Below are positions 23,201 to 35,200 of a DNA stretch of 64,000 nt, piece after piece. The stretch comes from Raillietiella orientalis (taxonomy: Eukaryota), in the NCBI GenBank assembly GCA_036172245.1, contig JAYWIR010000045.1, positions 1-64,000 of the forward strand, read 5' to 3'. Under the pieces are notes generated by a model. The model was not told where the DNA came from and did no database searches. It saw nothing but the letters and a program-made list of their open reading frames with translations. The position numbers were made by a program, and so were the translations under genes. Position 1 is the first letter of the stretch. Each line of letters starts with the position of its first letter.

Positions 23201-26200
23201 AGTACCCATCTATGTTGTACATAAGCTAATTTGTTTTCCTCATCGTTTAGATTCAGAAATGTTTTCGTTTGCATTCGTCCATCGAGATGATTTTCATGTT
23301 GTGGGGTGGATCTTGAGTCCTCCCTTCCTCTAATCAATCCCTTGATTTGACGAGTAGCACACAGAGGTTATTCATCCGGTCAAAAAAGTTGAACCGCACG
23401 TTTATTACGTTCCCATGGAATGTGTTTCTGATTTGATTTGCTGGTGCCTCGTCGTGTTGTCGTAGAGAGTGTGTGTGTCTCGCTCTCAACATTCTGTGTA
23501 TCTGCTACGATTTTCAGCATTTTTTTACTTTTAACGAATTGGGGGGAAAAAATGCCGCAGGAAGTTGTCATCGTGGTGAAATCGTTATTCGATACATTTT
23601 CAGAAAAACAGCATTGCTATCTCAGACCGTTTTTCGTTGCATTTCTTACAATCAGTCTGAGGATAAAATAAAATGGAAAAAAAAAAAAAAAAAGGAGAAT
23701 TTCGAGTTGACTGCGTTTACGCATTTCCCGGCAATCTTTGAATCACTCTGAAGCGGAAATCGTGGACTCCCTATGGTTTCAGTCTTCAGCTGCATTCGGA
23801 AGTCTCTAATGCCAGGCCAACCGTCATGATCAAAAATCGAAATTTCCCAAAATTCCCAATTTTGAGAATTTCGGGAAATTTTCATCCCTGCAATGAGTCC
23901 TTGTCCCACGCAAATCGCACCCACAATCTTCCTTCGTGGGTTTGTCCCTGTGCCTTTCGGTTTTCAGTCAGTCTGAGATCAACGCGAAGCACAGCTGACC
24001 AGCTCAGCTGTTCTTCGCGTTGGTCCAGCTGACGTAGAAAACGTGAGACTCTCTTTGGCGATCTTCTTTCCGACAAATTTCTCAAGCGAGTTGTTTCTTG
24101 TTTGCCTTTAATGCTGTTTCGATGAGGCATTTATTTGCTTTGCAATAAGGCTCGCATCTGAAATTCCTTGTTATCGGTTAACGTTTGAATGATTTTGAGT
24201 GCCGCGTGCCCACAAATGTACTCTGTGCGAAAGCTTGAAACAGCTAAGCTCGAAGTGTATTTCCTTGAGGAACCCAAATTCAGTGTTCATTAACAAAAGC
24301 ATGCCATTAAATATCTGGGAGCTCGGTGTCTTTTTAGATGGGAACCCACGATTGCGGCTGCCGGCATTACCACACTACGGCTGCAAATTGAGCTCTGAAA
24401 ACATCCTCCTCTCCCGGTGATCTATCGATTGCCCTAAGGAAAGTCGGAGTGGGAAAACTCCAGATGAATCTCTGTTCCCATGTTCGGCAATGGGATATTC
24501 AAATCGTGGAGCTCGAAGGTTTCATGCATATGCCATTTCTCTGTGTTGCACGCAGTCGCCGTTAATCGAATTACTCATGTTCATGGATCGTGATTTTGTA
24601 CCTCTTGTCGAGTTCTTTACAAAGGATAAAATTTTCTGTTGAAAAAGAAAGAAGGAGGCATCTACTTGAAAGCCTACTTGACCAGTGCATAATAAATCTG
24701 GGAGCTGCTCCAGCGCAGAAGCATAGAGATTTCCTTCCTTGCAAATGGACGTGCTTGGAAGTGTCGTTCATGAACGAGAAGGAAAATCTAAGAAACGCAA
24801 AAAAGAGAAACACTACGTGGCAATAGCAAAAGAAAAAGCAACGGAGCTGTCGTCCTCTGCAGAAAGTGATAAAAGGTTGCGGGCACGTAGGCATCCGCTT
24901 GAGCCCCCCCACTCGAGCCCCATGTGTGGAACACACTTCGGAAGAAAACACACTTCACTGAACTACCTGAAGACCGTGACTTTGGAAATTCCAAACTTAC
25001 GAATTTCCGAAGCGAACGAAAGTCCTTACTTTGAGCTCACACAGAGGCGCGGAGAGTGTGGACGAGGAAAGCAAATGGGTCACCATGAATTCACCCGATT
25101 TCCGTAAGGAGCGATGGTTGCATAACAACCAAACGCGGTCTAAAGAGAAGGTTGCAGTCTCTACCATAGAATGGGTTCACGCACTGGTTGGATGCAACCA
25201 CAAGAAAAAAATTCTCTTACTCGAGTAGTCCTGGAAAACAAGAAAGAAATTCTGGAAAGCACCTACTGCATTTGTCTATAATCAACTATTTGATACCTTT
25301 TTTTTTTTTTTACTTAGCTTTCCTCAGCTTGGATATTTATTAAATTCCGAAAGCTCGAAAAATTGATTGAAAAGTAATGCGAAGGAGCACACGCCATCTT
25401 TGATCTTACATATGAACAGCTGATTTCGAAGGGCAACTAAATGGACCTATGAATTCAGTGTTCATGAACCCTTTGAGTGCCATGGACGCATAGATGCGTC
25501 CAACGAAAATTATCGGCGTCGACTATGAACTCATACGTGCGTTTGACAAATGTTTTTTGCCTTACACACGCGACATAAGTTATCATCCATGTTTGAGGTG
25601 GACACATACACTTCCGCTCCTATAATTACCTTAGCAACGGCAGTAAACAACATTCCATTTATATCGACTAACTGTTCTCGTTTTTTCAGAGTCACTTTCT
25701 ATGTGAATAAAATAAACAATAAATAAAGGTGTAAATAAACAACAAATAGAGGTATAAGCAAACTAATATAACAGTAACTTTAATCGGCACGTTATAAAGT
25801 CAACCGGTTCCTCGATCGAGTACACGGCACGCGAAAAAGCACGCCGTCCACATGGAACGTCTACATGTGATGAACTCCGTACCCAAAGAGTTACCAAATG
25901 CTACTTGATTAAATATTTAGGAGCTCGATGTCTTTTTCCGTCATACTCTGTCCATCTGTTTTAAAACCTCCTGATTCACATATTAAATTTACAAATTCGT
26001 TTATGTAGGTATCTGCAGTCTTTGGTTCTAACCTCTAGTTAATGAAAAGGCTATATTAAAGTCCTGTTGAATACTCAGACCATCACTGATCTGTGAAGAT
26101 GAGTCGAATAAATCAGTATAATATATAAAAGTTGGTAGCAAAATTATCGTAGCAAAAGACTGTTTGAAGGAATTCACTAATCATGTGGGCCATTTATAGA

Positions 26201-29200
26201 CAAGGGAACGTTTCACTGAGGTAAATTCAAATCTGTTTCTACTGATAGGCACTTCTTCCAGACATTGATTTGAATTTTCTTTTTTTAAAAAGATGCATAA
26301 ATCAAACGTGAAGTTGCAATCGGGTATGCTCCTAAACATATACACCAACCAAACGCTGAAAGCAGTGCAAGGAAAATTATCTTGAATTCGTTGTTTCACA
26401 CTTGAATGGAACCGATGACAACCATAATCACAGCACAAGATGGTGTTTGAGATTTGTGGATCCTTATGCTACCAGCATCAAATTTGAATGGCACGTGTGA
26501 AGAATGTTTTCACAAATCCTATTTCAGGTATACATTCGAGAAATTGCTCAGATTTAAGAAATAATCTCTTCCACTGAATAATTTCTAAGAAAAGAAACGA
26601 CCAACTTGAATACTTCCGTACTCAAAACTGAATTTGAACAAGACTTGAAGATGAATTCGGGGATAGAAAATTCTCCGCCCTTACACACGTCTAAATAACC
26701 GTACTGTAGTGGTAACTAAATCCAGCCTTTATGTCAAGTCTATCTAATATTTAACCAGTGCCTGATGTTTAATAATGTAGTTGGAAATATGTGAGGGCGT
26801 TATCGAATTTGATAATCATTATGTGCTGGGTTATAAAAAATCATTTTCAAACAATTTTATAAAGTACAAAGTCGAAAAAAAAAAATGGATTGAAAGCTAC
26901 TTCTACCCTACATGAAAAGTTGAAAGCAGACAAGCCTATACCAAACTAATGTCGGAACCAACAAGCAATAGGCAAGAAATAAGAAAAGTGATGTAAATGA
27001 ATGAAATATATATGCACAACTGCGCATATTTTTAAGGACTGAGTTTTATGGATGCTACTTTGGGAGCAATAGCTTGGATATTCTTAGGAGCATTAAAGTT
27101 CACTTCCGGATAGAAAGCTGCTTTCATACCCATCGATTGAGTTTGACTAAGCAATAGCTGCTTGATTTAACCGTGAATTGGAGATGTACTTCCAAAATCT
27201 GTCAAACAGGCTTTCAGTACCGGCAAAAAGAAAATTTCTTTTTGCCGGTACTGAAAAGAAAAGAAAATGCTGCATTGTTTTCGCTAACTGATTCCGATGA
27301 ACCATTGACCGTTTTCAAACCTGCTAAACGCAGTTCTCTCAAATTAACAGACAAGGGGTGTTCTTGGAAGCAACACATGAAGTATGCCTACGAGTAGACC
27401 GAGTAGACCTCCCCCTCAAATGGCAGGAGTCGACATTTCTGGTGTTGCACTGGGGACTTCCCAGCAACGCCCGCCGATCTCACTGGACGTTGGGGGCAGT
27501 GGACCCGAACTCTGTCAGGTGCGGGGAACGGGAATCCCTCCCGCACCTGCTTCTTGACTGTGTTGCCCTCCGGTCCCTGTGGTTGCGTTTCGCAACGGCC
27601 ATTAGTGCACCCACGAACGCTCCTAGAGACGTGTTCAAGCGCCTCTTTGTGCGCGACGCCATTTCACCTGCCTCAGCCTTGTAGCCCTTTGCTGCCTATG
27701 TGGGATTGTGGCGGCCTGGAGCAACGCCTCTGGAGGACAGCACTATAGGAGAGTCATCCACTCCGCCCTGCGCTTCCTGAGGCTACAAGGATGAGCTGGA
27801 TGGCGTCCCATCTAGGACGTATCCGGACAGAACTTGCCGACATCCTGCAAAGGATCTAGAGGACGGCCCCCAGCGGAAAGTGATCCCCCCCCCCCTGCTT
27901 TTGTACATAGTGTTTTCTTTTTTATTTTTGTTTGTGCCTTCCCCCTCCGCCGCCGAGTCGATCCTCGCCGGCCTGCGTGCCGGTCACTCGGCAAGTTCCA
28001 AGTTTGTTTTGGGACGTTGTAGGGCCTATGGCCCTACACATGTATTTTTATTGAAAAATAAACGCCCCGCCGCACCCGGGTGTAAAACGAGTAGACCGGG
28101 GTCACTCTTCGAGTTAAATTTTGCAAACTTCAGAGCAAATACCAAAGACACCGGTGCATATTTTTGGAAGCGAGTGAACAAATCATGCAAATGGTCATCA
28201 CCGAACAGGAATAAATTCTTTTTTAATTGGGATTAGTATTAGTATAACAATCTTTGCTTACGAATCAGTTACAAGACTATAAGGATTACAAGAGATTACA
28301 AGGTCATACGAAAGCCTATTCATTTGATGAGTCTGTTAGAGATAAAAGTTAATGTAAGAAACGCATTCTATCTACCAGCTTCAACACAATACGGCACTAG
28401 TGATTCCAATTATCCAGTGTTTAGCATGCATCGTCCCGATGCTTATGAGACAGAGAACATACTTACGTTCTTCCTTTTCTGTCTTGCCGGTTAGGATTCG
28501 CTCCGTGACGCAACAGCAGATCTGTGCTGTCTGCGTGTCCGAGAGTCACAGCATAAAACAGAGCTGTGCATCCGTTCTTATCTATGGTATCGACTTCAGC
28601 CATACACAACGTGAGCAGAGCTTCCACACAATCTCGGTGTCCCCTGCTTGCTGCACAGTGCAGAGCTGCAAATGAGGCAGTTAAAACGACACAAAACACA
28701 TTTCACTGATCACCAGTTAGTCCTTCCTTGTCACAGTCATCTACGTAAGCGCCGTTCTGAACCAGCTCGATAACTGTTTCGGAGTTTCCTAGAGAGAAGA
28801 GTGGAATGAATGAGGCGAAGAGACGTTATGGATGGAGCACATTCACGAACATGTTTCCAGGATATCTCCTAGGAAACCAACAAGTTCGTGATGGTTGTTT
28901 TTTTTTTCTTTTACAACATTTCGTTAAGAAGTGTAGGAGAAGACGAAACATGATGTCAAAAGGATGGCTTCATTTTGAAAGACTTTTTCATCACGGTAGT
29001 TGAAGCAAAAAAAAAAGATAGGAGCTGCCATCAAGAAAGCAGCAATGAAAATTGAACGGAGTCCTTCCAGCGCTGAAGACTCCGGAATTTCAACGTTCGA
29101 GCATCGAGTTCTTGGAAACAAGTGAGTAGACTTTCTTCCTGGTGTAAATGGATCAACGACTCTTTCGGAGAGTAGACCACGGTTGAGGCAGGCGCGTGGG

Positions 29201-32200
29201 TAACAAGTAGGCGGAAGATCCCAACAGAACCAGGTTTCCCGTTTCTTTTAGTTTATGCATTATCTGGTGTGTCTGGAAGAGCGGATGGTGCACTGATCCT
29301 CAATTCAGTGAACCATCCTCTCTTCCGGTGCAGAGATCCGTTCTCAGTCCGTCAGAGTATTCTCCTCACGAAATGCTGAAAGTGTGTGAGACCATCCTTT
29401 AACGCCTCAGTTTGCAAGCGGCTGCACTTGGAGCATGCGATAAAACAAAACCAGGAAACTTCAAACTTCAGCCTCCAGAAAATTTTAAAAATGTGGAGAT
29501 GCAAAGTAACGCAGAAGAGTATCAATACAACTCGGAGCATGCGACTGGCGTAGCAAACGGGTTCCCACAGTAGCAGCTGCCAGCATGAAATTTCCTGCGA
29601 GGTAAGTAATAGAGATGGTGGAAGCGTGGGTGCCGAAAGTAAGACCAATGATTGTTGCGTTGAAAACATGAATGAAGAAATGAAACTGAGGCTGCTAAGA
29701 AAGCCGAAATCCATGTCTTCGTTATTCCGAGCTATCGGTCACAAAGAAGAACTTGGATTCGCAGATTTTGAGGATGCACAGCCACCTTTAGTCTCAGAAC
29801 GATACGAAAGTCCACTTTCTGGGTGTGCATCATCCGACAAACCAAGGGATGGCGATTTGTGATCAAGGAAAGGTCATGCTCCACGGGGACAGCACTGAAG
29901 AGGGGAACGTGTGTGCTTTGAGGGCTGCAAACTCATCCACGTCGCATGTTTTAATTCCCTGTTCCATTCAAGCATCGTCCAAATATCTTAACTTTCCGTC
30001 GTTGCCTGGAGGATTCAGGTCAACTGCCACACTTGATAAGTCAGTGACTTCAGCACTTAAATCTCTGAGCCAGAAGGCATGACTCCATGACCGACTACTT
30101 TAACAAGGCGCCGTGCGAACGATGGAAGATCTTGTCGAGAAACCAAGGGTACACGGTGCAGAGCTGCCGTTGGAACCAGACGTCGACTTGAGGAAGGGGA
30201 ACCGAGTTATCATACTGGAGTCATGCTGCTGCCCATTCGAAAGCAGCGTTCTTGGATAAGGCATGCGGAAGAAAAAGAATTAGAAAATTGGAACCACACG
30301 CTTTCCCCAAGGATGAGCCCAAGCGGTGACCTTGGAGATCCCCCAAAGACGGCGTTCCGAAAGAGCTGGGAGTTCCAAGAACCTTCGCGAGCCCGTTAGC
30401 GAGATGATGGTTCCGTGCATCATCCAACACAACCGGGACATCTACTGGTCACACTAGCTAGGACCCCCTACCCCCGAAGGACTGAGAGAAGATTCATTTA
30501 TAGTCGACCGGATGGAAGAGGACCACTAACTTCTAGAATAGGGCAGCACCGAAAATCCGGCGAGGAGGCGAGGCGCAAAGGCAAAAAAAGCAGGTGCCGA
30601 GAAGGCTGCGGAGGTCGGAATCCACGCTACAATGATTTCTCTTTGACTCTTGAAAACTCGTCTCAGAACAGCTCTTTTCCAACAACGAAAGAGCCACTGA
30701 TTATTGAGAAAACGCTCCGGACGTCCTTACCTTCGATAAGCTAATGGTACTCTCCCTTTTCCTGAACCTTTCAGTGCTCCCCACCGGTGGCAACGCGCAG
30801 AGACACTCTTCTTGCGCTGAGGTTTCCTCTGCAGACAAAACCTCGCGCCAGTGGAGGAGAGGGAACGTCAGGCGCCAGGTGTTGGGAGATCAAATCGCTC
30901 CCGCATCTGCTTCCAGATTGCCAGTTCCTCAGCAGTTGACGGCAGCAAGTGGCAGCAGTCCTCATGCATCCCGAGAACTCCCCTCGTTAGCTCCTCAGTC
31001 TTCTCTTTACGCCGCAAGCACTCTCGATCGCCAGTCCACCGGCCATCTCGCTCTGCACTCGAACAGCGGCCGGTCGGGCGGTGGAGCAGCACGGAGGGAC
31101 GGTCATTCGCTTTATCCCATTCATGACGCGGAAGATAGCAAGATTGCCTCACCACCGTTCTGGGGTCAAAGAGGATGCCGTGTGCATGGCAGGCAGCTGT
31201 AAGGAAGGCGAGTAACAGTTACTCGGTGATCCCGTGACTCTCTCCCCCTCTTCCCTGAACTTCGGTGCAATTGGACCACTACTCGGTTCTTTTTTCGTTA
31301 TTTATTTCATTGCTGTGGAAAAACCCTCCACATTGAGCTCAGTGGAAAATACCCTCGACGGTACCCGCTGTGGAAAGTCCTCCGACAGTGAGCATAGTGG
31401 ATAAGCCCCTCTATTTGAGCACTGTGAAAAATCCTTCCATTGCACTGCTTCAGTTTTTTTTTTTTTTTAACTCAGCCAGAGCAAATTTCATAGCTTCAGC
31501 AACCTACTTCTCCACTCCAGATTTTCATAGCTAACGTTTTATCTTTGTGGCTATTACGAAGCAGACTCTCCTGTCCCCTCAGCGATTGCTGCTAGCATTT
31601 CTACATTCCACCACTGTAGAAGCATACATAGAGAGGCAGTTGGAGATCATTGTTTTGATTTCATTTATTCATTTTTTTTTATTTTTTATGCTGGATCAAA
31701 TGAGGGGAATCGAGAAAATAAGCCATGATCAATCGAGAAAGTTGGGAAGCACTTCCTGGTGCTATGGAAACCTCGTAGCAGCATGCCGACCAGTCGTTTG
31801 AAAGCAGTAAATAAGAGTGTTGCTAGGAAGGTTCAAACCTAGAGATGAAACTGGGAAGGAGTGAAGAGTAAGGAGGAAAAAAAGCCAATATACAAATACA
31901 TTAACAATCTCCATGTATTGTCAGTATTTACACATAAATATTGACAATATATGGGGTGGGGCGGACCAGCTTCGTGGTGATGGTGGCGGTTCTCTAGGTC
32001 GTGTGCCAGGTGGGGATGGGCACAGAGTGCGAACCAGTTGATTATCCTCATGAGATATGCACTTTTTGATTATATCCTCATCATTAGCTTCCTTGTACTT
32101 GATTAAAGTTTTAATCCACAGAAAGATTTTCTATTGCAACTTTGGCTGGTGGCCAAAGTTTGGTTCGGGAATTCCTGCTTTCCTGGAAAGCATGCAGCAT

Positions 32201-35200
32201 CACGCGCGAGCGTCCCTTCTACGCTCAGCCCAGTGCTTTTTGACGAAGCTACGTGCGTGGTTCTCGAGTGACAGTAGCAGCATTCAACGAGCCAAAGTCA
32301 AGAGAGGCGTACGTGTCATGAGAGCCTTGCATAACACAAAAAACGCTTTCGACGTCAGCCGCTTCTGCCTCTGGCAAGCCTTCCCGTTGTTCTTTTAGGA
32401 GAAGCACTCCATGACCGTCGATGCCATGGAAACGTCCTGTTTGAAGCGATTATCACCCTAAGAGCGAGAGGCATTTAGTGAGAAAAGGTGTCTCGGTTTT
32501 CTTCTTTCGGATGCGGAGGCAACGAGACCTTCGAAATCGACTGTCAACGACCCGCTTCTTACTGCTTCTCATGTTTTCTGGATTTTCTTAACCTTCCTTG
32601 TCCGTCCCCGTTCTTCTATTGAATTTTTTTTTTTTCCCCTCTTTTTTTTTCCTCTTCCGTGAATGATGAGGCTTGTGGCCTGCTTCTTGGAAGAGGAATC
32701 GCGAGGTCACCACTCGGAAAAGTTTCGTGACGGACCGAGCTGTTGATCGCAACTGGCATTTCTGTGGATGTCATGGCGGTCTTCCCGTACCAAGCCTTCC
32801 CTAAGAAGAACATTCGTCGTATTCGCCAATGCTTGGTATGCAAAACTTGACTTGGTGGTAGCAGCCACGCCAAGAGGAAATCCCGAATCCGATGCTGCGG
32901 ATGATGGAAGACTGAGCGGTGCACGTCGTTGCAATAGCCTGTCTCAGAGAATCCGCCAGAAATTTGTCGCTCCACTCGCACTGTTGTCCCAGTTTTTTGT
33001 GGTCTTTGATGACGCTTTTCACTCGCTTTGCTTCCGAGAAAGATCCCTCCCAAGCTCCAAGCATTTTTTTAAATAGGATACCGCAGTTTTTCTGTACTGT
33101 TCGAAAAATCAGGCAAAAAAACAAAAACTGCTAAGTAAAGAAAGACTCGCGTTGGCGACTGTGATGCACTCGGGTTCGAATCGCCACGTGGAAGATCAAC
33201 GTCAAGAACGGGGGTGCATCGTGGGTTTGGAGTTCCCCCCTTCTCTCCCCCGCAGGATGACGTTAGTTACCCTGTGGGTTCCGGGTGTAGCACAGGGGAA
33301 AGCAGAAATCCGGATGCTCCCATTGAGTGGCCGGGATTTGGATGCCATGGAAACAAATTGGAAGTTGGCCCATTGGAACTTGCTGGAATCCATTGGAACA
33401 TTCTCCATCAAGGAGCCCTTCAGGGTTCCCTTCCGGTTATGAAAATGGAGCCGTCCCCTCATTTCCCCCCTAGGGAAGGATCGGCACCTCCTGAGCTGTC
33501 GCCTCCTTCAAAGGACAGCTCGTCAGCTGTAGCAGAAGGAGTGGCGGACGCCCTCCCCTTGTAGGCAGCGAGCACAGTTAGAAGGCTCGTTTCGCAACCA
33601 GATGGCAAGTTTTCCCCGGTGCGCTCGCACCCAGAGACATCCCAAAGACGGAGAAGCAGCACACGCACGGCATCTCTTGCTCGTCCACTTAGTGGTGGGA
33701 CAAAGAGAAATTCCCTGTCGAAAAAAATGAAAGGTCAACAAGCGAGGTCTCTTCAGCCGGACCTTGGTAGTCTCCTTGACCGAAGACCCGGGCATCAGGG
33801 ATCTCCCCAGCTACCCCGCTGTTATTCTTTCTCTCGGTACTGGGACAGTACGCAGGGGCTTAGTAGTCGCAGTCTCCCAGTAGCTACCTCTCCGATGCAC
33901 TTAGTGGCAGGGGACGGGTTCTGTGCGAAAGTCTTTTTGGGCAAACCTATTTCTCCCCTCCAACTCCAATCGCGTACCATGGAGTTGGTCGATACTCCCG
34001 TGGGGAGTCGCCTCTCCAGAGGGTGAAGGAGTGCGCTGCTCCCTTCGAAGTTCTCTTCAAAGGAGCAAACAGAGGAGGTTCCCTTGAGGGTTTCCTCCGG
34101 AGAGGAAACAACGGAGATGCCCCCTCCGGGGTCCCTCTGGAGAGAATAAGAAAGAAGTATCCTTCGGGGTTCCCTGCCAAGCGTAAAAGAGAACGTATTC
34201 CTTCCTCCGGATCCTTTCGGGGTTCACAATGTGGTCCCTGTGGAATAACCCCCTAACTGGAAGAGTCACATGCACCCTCAGGTGGCGTGGACCAGCGTCA
34301 AAGAGCTTCATGAAACTCCCTTAAGGCTCGGAGAAAGAGACACTCGTGTTTCGCTGCCTCCGTCACCGGAGACTCCGGGAAAGCGCAGGTGTTTTTGTGT
34401 TTATGCGGAAGTGGGAGTGTCGTGTGTTTCCCGGAGGCCACTCATTCTTAGTTTCAAGTTTTCCGAGAGCTAGGGTACGTGTCGAACAGGATGAAGGGTG
34501 GGGAGAATGCAGCCGTGATCCTTTCCTTCAGGCCAGTCGACTCGCAGCTTCCGAACTCGTCGCGCGGGCTGAAACGCTTCCGGCCGCGCTTCCTACCTGA
34601 AGAGGCTGCCCACAGCAAGGGTTTCCTTCCTTCGTTATCTACGCTGCCCACATCTGCTCCAGATGAAATCAGCTCCCTCAGCACATCTACGTTTTTCGTA
34701 GGCTCGCCACCCGCGCGCGAGTTCTGCGGGTAGCGATGGCTAGCGTAGTGGATTGGGTATGCTCCGTGGATGTCGGCGATGTTGGCATCGGCTCCAGCAG
34801 CAAGGAGCTCCCGCAAGCATTTCAGCTCGCTGCAAACTGAAAATTCACATCATGTTCGAGAGAACTTCGGAGGGCAATCCTGAGAAGAAACCACAAGGCG
34901 GTCTTGGGAAGTCATGAACGACGAGGTGGGAAAGGAAACGCGACGTGAACAGGGAACGCATTCCGACACTCGATTTGTGTTCTTACGGGGGGGAGTACGC
35001 TCCAGAACCGTAAAAGGCGGACGAGCACAAATGTTGAATAGGGATCACTTCTGGTGTAGCTGACATGAGGAGCTGTTTGCATGTTGTTTCAACACCAGCA
35101 TCTGCCTTTTTATTAACTGCTGAGGTAGTGGTTAGGGAAATAGGCACAGAAGATATAGAAGCTGAGAGAGTTGACACAGCTATTACTCCAGATGAAGAAT

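Noticed and set aside
23840..23882. Hairpin aaatttccc...gggaaattt as a miRNA
   Set aside because: Low-complexity self-complementary motif with a 2-nt loop; more likely a repeat fragment.
31312..31447. CRISPR-like array
   Set aside because: Eukaryotic context, units too short and degenerate, no unique spacers and no cas genes.
33150..33195. Functional tRNA gene (also 46175-46250)
   Set aside because: A B-box is present but there is no complete cloverleaf, and it is part of a dispersed repeat.
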